From assembly GCA_042584165.1 (NCBI GenBank), contig JBHOSY010000002.1, forward strand, positions 180-64,179: a stretch of DNA of 64,000 nt, written 5' to 3'. The stretch's first letter is position 1; each line of letters begins with the position of its first letter. Under the pieces are notes generated by a model that saw only the letters and a program-made list of their open reading frames with translations, searched no databases and was not told the origin of the DNA. This stretch comes from Bacteroidota bacterium. Its GTDB lineage: Bacteria > Bacteroidota > Bacteroidia > Cytophagales > Cyclobacteriaceae. This document shows positions 18,603 through 25,874 of this stretch, in pieces. The position numbers were made by a program, and so were the translations under genes.

Positions 18603-19871
18603 TCAATCAGCGGGATTCTTATATTCATCCATACTTATTCCGTTTAAATCCCACATAATTTTACCAGCACGAAGAGTTAATTGAGCTTCTAGTTTTTTAC
18701 TTCCTTTTATTTTTTTTCTCCGCACGTCAACATATCCGAAATCACCTTCCCTGAGTTCGAGAATAGCTACATCAGCTTCTGCACCGACACTCAAATGCCC
18801 CAGATCCCGGCGATTGATGACCCGGGCAGGGTCCCAGGTTGCCCGTGATATCACTTCTTCCAAGGTCATACCGATCGCCATAAATTTGGAAAGAACATTG
18901 CACAGATCCTTCATGCCTGCATTCATGCTTTGCGTATGCAGATCTGTGCTGATGACGGTAGGCATAAATCCCTGGTTTATCGCTGGAACTGCCTGCCGCC
19001 AGGAGAATGCGCCACCTCCATGGCCCACATCGAACACAATACCCTTTTTCTGGGCTTCGAAAACGAAAGGCTTTACTCTGCCATTATCATCCACGATGGT
19101 TTCCCGCTGGGCAGGTCCATAAGAAAACGTGTGGGTGAACATATCGCCAGGACGTAAATGATCAAGAAAAAGTGATTTAATTGAATTGGGTGGATCATGT
19201 TCCCCAAAATCAACCATAACAGGTACATTGGCCAGTTTTCCGGCTTTAACGGCCTTGTCCACCTGCGTAAAATCACCCCAATAATGAGCAGACTTGATTC
19301 CGACAAGGATATCCGGATAAAGACGGGTAATCATATGCGCCGTCATTTCGGGATTCATATCAGTAACATCCTGTTCTTCAAAGCGTCCCGTCATGCCCGT
19401 GCCAACAATATTCAGTAGCGCTAAAACCCGTGTATTCGCTTTATCAATCGTTTGTTCCTTAAACTTTCTGAAATTTCGCCAGCCGGATGATCCGGCATCC
19501 ACCACAGTGGTTACACCAGACCTGAATGTAAATCCGTCCGGCATTACACTGGTAGCGCCATCTGCAACATAAGCGCCCGGTTCATTACCCATAAAGACAT
19601 GAACATGCATATCAATCAGACCCGGGATCACATAAAGACCTGATACATTTACTACTTTGCTTGCCTGACTGGGATCCATATTAGTTGCCACCTGTACAAT
19701 TTTACCATCGGTAATGGCAATATCCATGGGACCACTAATATCGTTTTTGGGATCGATCACATGACCTCCTTTCAGGAGCATGTCGTACTGGGCATCAACA
19801 TGTTGTACTGTCATAAGAGACAGTATAATGAAGAAAGGAAAGTAAAGTAGTCGGCTTCTATGGTTGGTCAT
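18603..19871 (-). CDS. Amidohydrolase/deacetylase-family metallohydrolase, secreted (paralog 2)
   Basis: 422 aa with signal peptide ending VDAQ. PGLIDMHVHVF and DVGHGG blocks. Tandem paralog of 17313..18557. Confidence 0.8.
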   Translation of the reverse strand: MTNHRSRLLYFPFFIILSLMTVQHVDAQYDMLLKGGHVIDPKNDISGPMDIAITDGKIVQVATNMDPSQASKVVNVSGLYVIPGLIDMHVHVFMGNEPGAYVADGATSVMPDGFTFRSGVTTVVDAGSSGWRNFRKFKEQTIDKANTRVLALLNIVGTGMTGRFEEQDVTDMNPEMTAHMITRLYPDILVGIKSAHYWGDFTQVDKAVKAGKLANVPVMVDFGEHDPPNSIKSLFLDHLRPGDMFTHTFSYGPAQRETIVDDNGRVKPFVFEAQKKGIVFDVGHGGGAFSWRQAVPAINQGFMPTVISTDLHTQSMNAGMKDLCNVLSKFMAIGMTLEEVISRATWDPARVINRRDLGHLSVGAEADVAILELREGDFGYVDVRRKKIKGSKKLEAQLTLRAGKIMWDLNGISMDEYKNPAD

Positions 19872-19890
19872 CCTATCTTCTTTTATAGTA

Positions 19891-21498
19891 TTAAGTGGCC
19901 AGGGGTGGTCCTCCTGGAATGGTTATCCTTTTCCGTTTGTTGCTGTAAAGTGTTCGGACCCCGGTAAATGTTGCAGTTAAATATTCTCCTAAATAAATGG
20001 ATCCAGTCAGTTCTTCATTTTCCACCTTTCCTGAAAACAGGAAGATCAATGAGTTACCCGGTATTCGATAGTCACTTTTCATTTTTATTACATCGTCTTC
20101 TACCATACCAATTAGATCCAGTAGTTCATAATCGGTTTGATGCATTCCCTGGATCCAGTTGCCATCCTGCTCGATAAACAGTTTATGGTGGCTTTTGCTG
20201 CTTAGAAATGCGACTTCAATATCCCAGTGCCCGTTAAGATCCACTTTAGCGGCTTTCAGTTTGTCAGCCTGTGGTGGCCGTTTTTTTGATAAGACACCAT
20301 GAAGTCGTTCTGCCACCACCTCAGCGTTACCAGGCTGCATCTGATTTGGAGTGATATTAATGGAAGTCAACTCATCAGTTGTCCTGCTGCCAATAGCTAT
20401 CCTGGTTTTATTCCTGGCCACTTCCTCCGCCACTTCCTCCCCGGTGATATTAAGTTGGTCAGGATTCCATTGAATGTGTAAAACCGGGGCATGATTTGAT
20501 AATCCTTCAGGTTGTGTCACCTTGGTTTTAATACCTTTAATGGTAAGCATACGTTTCGATATAAGATCCAACCATGACAACCATTCCTGCCATTCTTCCT
20601 TGTGATCACGAGAGATCCAGGCTTCAACAGCCGCCAGCATTCCCAACATTTCTTCTTTGCCTACTTTATTATCTCTTCCTGGGCCATGATGAGGAGAACT
20701 CGCTTGCCACGTAGACATCAAAATATCTTTTTTACCTAAAAGCAATCCAGCACATTGAGGACCGCAAATAGCCTTTCCACCGCTATAAGCTACGACTGTA
20801 GCTCCCTGTGCGAGATGTACCGGGGGAAAGGTAAGGTTCTCTGCTGCTGCATCCATTAAAACAGGAATATCCAGAGGTTTGGCAATATCTGCGATCACCT
20901 CCAGGGAAAAAGGCTGACCGGGATCCGAATGCCTGCAGGCCAACACATAGATCATGGCAGTGCACTCGCTGATGGCCTTTCTCATTTCTTCTGCTGTTTC
21001 GACGGTGATCACTTCTACTCCGATATTTCGTACTGCATGATCGTACAGGTTTCTGGAATAGTGCGGAATAATCACCTCCGTTTTATCCATACCTGTAAGA
21101 TTTGGTATGCGGATCAACCTTTCAGGGTTGCCTCCTGTCACGCAGGCAGCAGTGAAATGCTTTAGCCCTGCTGCACAACCTGCTGTCACAACACCCCAAT
21201 CTGTTTTTGTCAGTTCACCAAGTTTCTGGCCAATGCCAAATGCCAGTTCATCGTATTGCACAAAATACCCAGAAGCTGCTTCCATCGCTTCGAGTACTTC
21301 CGGCCTTTCTACGGATCCACCCAAAATTGTGAAGGTGCCCCGGCAATTGATGATGGGCTCCACGCCCATGGCGCGGTATATATTTCCTTCTGCTCTTTTA
21401 GATATAGAAGAGGCTTGCCGTGCAAGGAGGTCTGGAGTCATAGCAGTGCCAACCAGGGGGATTACAGACAACTGCTTGAGTATTTCTCTGCGATTCAT
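19891..21498 (-). CDS. SelA-like PLP-dependent enzyme (L-seryl-tRNA(Sec) selenium transferase-related family) with Tat-like signal and extra C-terminal domain
   Basis: 535 aa. MNRREILKQLSVIPLVG N-terminus. YSGGKAICGPQCAGLLLGKKD matches the SelA-family PLP-lysine block. An additional ~130 aa lie C-terminal to it. Confidence 0.65.
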   Translation of the reverse strand: MNRREILKQLSVIPLVGTAMTPDLLARQASSISKRAEGNIYRAMGVEPIINCRGTFTILGGSVERPEVLEAMEAASGYFVQYDELAFGIGQKLGELTKTDWGVVTAGCAAGLKHFTAACVTGGNPERLIRIPNLTGMDKTEVIIPHYSRNLYDHAVRNIGVEVITVETAEEMRKAISECTAMIYVLACRHSDPGQPFSLEVIADIAKPLDIPVLMDAAAENLTFPPVHLAQGATVVAYSGGKAICGPQCAGLLLGKKDILMSTWQASSPHHGPGRDNKVGKEEMLGMLAAVEAWISRDHKEEWQEWLSWLDLISKRMLTIKGIKTKVTQPEGLSNHAPVLHIQWNPDQLNITGEEVAEEVARNKTRIAIGSRTTDELTSINITPNQMQPGNAEVVAERLHGVLSKKRPPQADKLKAAKVDLNGHWDIEVAFLSSKSHHKLFIEQDGNWIQGMHQTDYELLDLIGMVEDDVIKMKSDYRIPGNSLIFLFSGKVENEELTGSIYLGEYLTATFTGVRTLYSNKRKRITIPGGPPLAT

Positions 21499-21799
21499 AA
21501 GATTAGATTTTCTGATGGCCTGGATTCCAAATTAAAGAAATTCAATTTAAGAACCAAAGTGAAAATCCCAAGCGCTACGAAAATGTCAAAGCTGTAGCCG
21601 AGGAATAGCATTCTCTACTCAAACACTAAAATGCTGTATTGCCGAATGGCTGGCGACCGAACCACTGCTCTCCTGTATATGTAGCTGAAACGCTGGCAGT
21701 TCAGCCATTGTGGTAAGTCAACAATACTTGTGGGTTGTCATCTTTTTGGCGGTGGAAGTATGCGACTGATTCTATGCTAGTGGGTACTTGTAGCAATAG

Positions 21800-21913
21800 A
21801 TCAATCTCTCCATTCCTCCATCTCCCTGACATGGGCTCATAGGATTGCTTTTTCATCCTGAAGGCGTTTCATAATGACTTTGAATTCAGGGGCATTATAG
21901 AGGTTTACGAAAA
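21800..21913 (-). pseudogene. Orphan C-terminal coding relic, copy b (internal stop)
   Basis: Reverse complement reads FVNLYNAPEFKVIMKRLQDEKAIL*AHVREMEEWRD. It is homologous to 13990..14121 but interrupted by TGA. Confidence 0.45.
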
Positions 21914-21935
21914 GTTGACTGATTTATGGGAAAAA

Positions 21936-22910
21936 TTATTTTTTCACCACATTTGACCTGATATACTCCTCCAATTTTGACTCCTTGGGACCAATATAGT
22001 GAAATCGTTCGGCCCATTCCAATCCAAATTGTTTTCCAGCCTCTTTATCCGAAGGTACTCCTCTTAATCTTTGTGAGTCAATATCAAGTACAATATGTTT
22101 GATATAATTCCTGTTGGCGCTGTCATCACTGTCTCCCAATAAAGGCAGATATTTATCTTCTTTTTCCAGACGTTTCCTTAAGCTTGCTCCGGCATTTCCC
22201 CCCGGACCTTGCGTTGTAACCACACGGTTGGACTCCACTTTTTGGTCAATGGTTTCAGTTATATCCACAATCCTGTTTACAAGATGTGGACCACGAGCAA
22301 AATAATACCTTTCTCTAACGGAATGTGGTTTTATTCCGGCATCCAAGTGTTCCGGGTAATCAAATTTACCACCAGCCATCCACCTGGCAGACTCTACAGC
22401 ACTGGCCGTTATATAGTGATCCGGATTTTCCTCATAATGTCCCCATGGATCATAGGAAATAATTGCATCGACTTTAAGCATACGAAAAAGAAAGATTAAA
22501 CGGCCCCGCAATTCTTGAATGCTTATATTGTCCATCCTGTGATTACGGTAACCAAGATTATATACTTTACTCAATCCCAACGTTTTTGCTACTGCGTCAT
22601 TATCTTTTTCGTTATTGAGGATTACTTCTCCTTCGGTGATCCCCTGACCGGCATGATCATCATTACTGGTTCTGATAAGGAATCCTGTATAGCCCTCTTT
22701 TATCAACTTGGCGACAGTACCTCCGGCAAAAATAGGAATATCATCGGAGTGGGGTTGAATGGCAGCCAACACTTTTCCCTTGTGGGGTTGTCCGGATTGA
22801 TATTTTTCTACTACTACTTCTTCTGTATTGTTTATTTTTTGACTGGTCTCAAATGACGAAGGTATCAGACCCATGGCCAGACCTTTACTGAGAAATAATC
22901 TCCTTTCCAT
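21936..22910 (-). CDS. PIG-L/LmbE-family deacetylase with Tat-like signal
   Basis: 324 aa. MERRLFLSKGLAMG N-terminus. AIQPHSDDIPIFAGGTVAKL corresponds to the PIG-L (A)HPDDe motif. Confidence 0.75.
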   Translation of the reverse strand: MERRLFLSKGLAMGLIPSSFETSQKINNTEEVVVEKYQSGQPHKGKVLAAIQPHSDDIPIFAGGTVAKLIKEGYTGFLIRTSNDDHAGQGITEGEVILNNEKDNDAVAKTLGLSKVYNLGYRNHRMDNISIQELRGRLIFLFRMLKVDAIISYDPWGHYEENPDHYITASAVESARWMAGGKFDYPEHLDAGIKPHSVRERYYFARGPHLVNRIVDITETIDQKVESNRVVTTQGPGGNAGASLRKRLEKEDKYLPLLGDSDDSANRNYIKHIVLDIDSQRLRGVPSDKEAGKQFGLEWAERFHYIGPKESKLEEYIRSNVVKK

Positions 22911-23009
22911 AAGATAGGGTGGTTAATTTATCAAATATATTATGATGGATTACTATAACCAAAGGATTTTGTCATCAATGAAATGACACAGAAACCCTTC
23001 ACAATTTGA

Positions 23010-23456
23010 GATTATAAGGGCATCGGAAAGAAGATCCGGTTCCCCTCCTTTCTGCAATACTCCTCCTGTCCTGGCACTGAAATAGTGAGGAATGAAGAGG
23101 ATGAGATCTTTATCAGGAAAAGAATGTGGTGGTGCTACAACGATTACTACCGAAACCAGTATGATACTAAAGAACTATTCATCCTTTGGGATCACCTTGA
23201 TAGAAGTAATGCTGTAACAGAATTGACAGAAGAGATTACTGAACTGTACAAAGAGAATTGCAGGTCGTTGCTGAAACTTTTCAACGGACAGAAAGAAGAA
23301 GACTACCTGACAAGGGCTGAACTAAACCGGAATCTTGGAGAGTGGGGAGAAAGTCTGGAACTCCTGGAGTTGGTAACCAATGATGACCTGGAGTTGTATG
23401 TAAAAAAGATCAGGAAGTGTGTTGAACTGGGAAATATGAAAGTACAACCAGTATAG
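23010..23456 (+). pseudogene. 5'-truncated paralog of the 1830..2516 gene (lacks the Cys-rich N-terminal part)
   Basis: The frame opens after TGA at 23007..23009. GKKIRFPSFLQYSSCPGTEIVRNEEDEIFIRKRMWWCYNDYYRNQY... aligns to residues ~86-228 of the 1830 ORF at roughly 70% identity. Confidence 0.6.
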
Positions 23457-23498
23457 AGGTTTGCTTAATCTGCCATCCAGCGTAATTTTTTTAAGGCA

Positions 23499-23593
23499 AT
23501 GACACATGTGACACATGTTCTTATCTTTTTAGCACACTATGTTGTTTTCAGACAGTGTTGTGTTTAGATAGGATTAAGTGTCACATGTGTCAT
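23499..23593. repeat. 16-bp perfect inverted repeat ATGACACATGTGACAC / GTGTCACATGTGTCAT with 63-bp spacer
   Basis: Arms read directly at 23499..23514 and 23578..23593. Each arm contains the palindrome CACATGTG. It lies 145-240 nt upstream of the first cyclase gene. Confidence 0.75.
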
Positions 23594-23737
23594 GGAATGG
23601 GAAAATATTAGCTTGAGCCAGGTTCTCGTTACCTGTTATTCTGCTACTCATTGCATTTACCAGCTACATGCATTAACTTAATTGAACTTTTCGTAGGCTC
23701 CTGGAGAGAAAGAGATCTGAAACCATAGACCAAACTA

Positions 23738-25762
23738 ATGCCAGAAGATCGCAGACTCGCAGCCATAATGTTTACCGATATAGTCGGGTATACTGCTTTA
23801 ATGGGCAGCGATGAGGATAAAGCCTTCCAACTCCTGCGCAAAAACCGTGATCTCCAACGACCATTGATCAAGAAATACAAAGGAGAATGGCTCAAAGAAA
23901 TGGGTGATGGAATACTTGCCAGTTTCAATACTGCTTCTGATGCTGTAAGATGTGCAGGGGAAATCCAGAATGCTGCAAAAAAAGCAGGGATCGGATTACG
24001 CATAGGTATTCATGAAGGAGAAGTAGTATTTGAGGGTAGTGATGTGTTGGGTGATGGTGTAAACGTGGCCTCACGGCTGGAAGAATTGGCTGAGGAAGGG
24101 TGTATTAATATATCAGGGGCAGTATATAAGGACATCAAGAACAAAGCGGGCATAACTACTGAACTCGTCGGAGAGAAGTCCTTGAAGAATGTTGAAGATC
24201 CTATCAAGGTGTATAAAGTCTGTTATGAGGAAGAACCAGCACCGAGTACCGAACAACCAGCCAGGAAAAACAGGTTGTTATACTACATCATAGCAGGACT
24301 GGTGGTAGTGATTGCAGCAATTCTGATCTTGCAGTTTTTGCCAACAAAAGAAACTAAACAACCTACGCCTGAGGAGGCAACAGTAGAGATAGACAAATCC
24401 ATAGCTGTCCTTCCTTTCAAAAGCCTGAGCGACGACCCTGAAAAGCAATACCTGGCAGATGGGGTAATGGATGCGATTCTACTTCATTTGTCAAAAATTG
24501 AAGATTTAAGGGTAATATCCAGAACATCAGTAGAACAATTCAGGGATCCCAATAAAACCATAGGTGAAATCGCAAACGAGCTAAATGTAAGCTACATACT
24601 GGAAGGTAGTTTTCAGAAGTATGGTGATAAAGCCAGGCTGATCGTGCAGTTAATTTACGCAAAAGAAGAAGGACATGATTGGTCTAATGAATACAATAGA
24701 GATTGGTCGGATATTTTCTCTGTCCAGAGTGAAGTGGCCCAAAAAATAGCCAGCGAATTACACGCTGTGATCACACAGGAGGAGGGAGATCGAATAGGTT
24801 CGATCCCAACAGAAAACCTTGAGGCTTATGAATTGTATCTAAAAGGACGTCATTTTCAGAATACAAGAAGTGAGGAAGGGATCAGGAAGGCAATCAAATA
24901 TTATCAGGATGCGATACAGCTTGATCCGGATTATGCCATTTCCTATGCCGGAATAGCTCAATCTTATGCGTTGTTAACTTTTTATGGTGGCCTTCCGAAT
25001 AGTGAGGTGCTTCCAAAGGTTGAAGAGGCCGCATTCAAAGCATTGGATCTGGACAATAAACTTGGGGAAGCATATTTTGCACTGGGGATCGTGAAAGATC
25101 TTGAAGGTGATTTAATTGGTGCGGCAGAGCAATACAAACTGGCCATCGATCTTAATCCTAATAATGCAGAAACCCATCACAGGTATGGTTACACTTTATC
25201 CTGGTTAGATAGAATCGAAGAGGGGATCAGGGAAGCGAAAATAGCACTGGAACTGGAACCCATCAATCCCATTATGATGAGAGGACTGGGACTCGTCTAT
25301 TATTATGCCCTTCAGTACGATTTGGCCATCGCAGAATGTAACAAGTGTATTGAGATTGATCCAAACCAGACTTTTGCGTATTGGATTCTCTTTTTTGCTT
25401 TTCATCAAAAGATGATGTACGAGGAAGCAATTTCAGCCCTTGAAAAAAGGTTAATAATATTGGAATATGAAGATTGTGCCGCATCGCTCAGGCAAACCTT
25501 TGAAGATTCAGGCTATATTGAAGCCATTAAGCAACAACTCGATAATTCAATGAATCAAGAGATTCAATGTCCATCTTATGATCCATATGGTAAATCATTG
25601 TTTTATGCAATGATCGGCGAAAATGACCAGGCGTTTGAATGGTTGGAAAAGGTTGACATGGCAGTTGAAATCCACTCATTAAAAGTAGATCCTTTATTTA
25701 AGCCTCTCAGGAGCGATCCCCGATGGCAGTTAATGCTGGATAAAGTAGGATTTCCTGAATAA
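23738..25762 (+). CDS. Class III adenylate/guanylate cyclase domain protein with TM segment and C-terminal TPR repeats
   Basis: 674 aa. Cyclase blocks MFTDIVGYTALMG, KEMGDGILASF, LRIGIHEGEVV and GDGVNVASRLE. TM helix LLYYIIAGLVVVIAAILIL. TPR-like repeats in the C-terminal half. Confidence 0.85.
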   Translation: MPEDRRLAAIMFTDIVGYTALMGSDEDKAFQLLRKNRDLQRPLIKKYKGEWLKEMGDGILASFNTASDAVRCAGEIQNAAKKAGIGLRIGIHEGEVVFEGSDVLGDGVNVASRLEELAEEGCINISGAVYKDIKNKAGITTELVGEKSLKNVEDPIKVYKVCYEEEPAPSTEQPARKNRLLYYIIAGLVVVIAAILILQFLPTKETKQPTPEEATVEIDKSIAVLPFKSLSDDPEKQYLADGVMDAILLHLSKIEDLRVISRTSVEQFRDPNKTIGEIANELNVSYILEGSFQKYGDKARLIVQLIYAKEEGHDWSNEYNRDWSDIFSVQSEVAQKIASELHAVITQEEGDRIGSIPTENLEAYELYLKGRHFQNTRSEEGIRKAIKYYQDAIQLDPDYAISYAGIAQSYALLTFYGGLPNSEVLPKVEEAAFKALDLDNKLGEAYFALGIVKDLEGDLIGAAEQYKLAIDLNPNNAETHHRYGYTLSWLDRIEEGIREAKIALELEPINPIMMRGLGLVYYYALQYDLAIAECNKCIEIDPNQTFAYWILFFAFHQKMMYEEAISALEKRLIILEYEDCAASLRQTFEDSGYIEAIKQQLDNSMNQEIQCPSYDPYGKSLFYAMIGENDQAFEWLEKVDMAVEIHSLKVDPLFKPLRSDPRWQLMLDKVGFPE

Positions 25763-25772
25763 ATGATAACAG

Positions 25773-25874
25773 ATGCCCGAAGACCGCAGACATATCGCAG
25801 TCATGCCTGCCCGCCGAAGCAATAGCGTAGGTGGGTTCACCGACATTATCGAATACACGATGATCGAACGATAA
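25773..25874 (+). pseudogene. Degenerate duplicate of a cyclase-gene 5' end (33-codon relic)
   Basis: MPEDRRHIAVM[PARRSNSVGG]FTDIIEYTMIER* mimics MPEDRRLAAIMFTDIVGYTALM of the upstream gene. It ends at TAA, directly abutting the ATG of the next cyclase gene. Confidence 0.5.

Noticed and set aside
21600-21790. Possible riboswitch or ncRNA upstream of the SelA-like gene (8-bp stem AATGGCTG/CAGCCATT enclosing GCTGAA...TTCAGC, a CCACTG element and a CTGCCAGCG element).
   Set aside because: Only fragmentary resemblance to cobalamin or TPP riboswitch cores. The B12 box, CTGAGA and ACCTGA elements are absent, and the orientation relative to genes is inconsistent. It needs a covariance-model scan before any claim.
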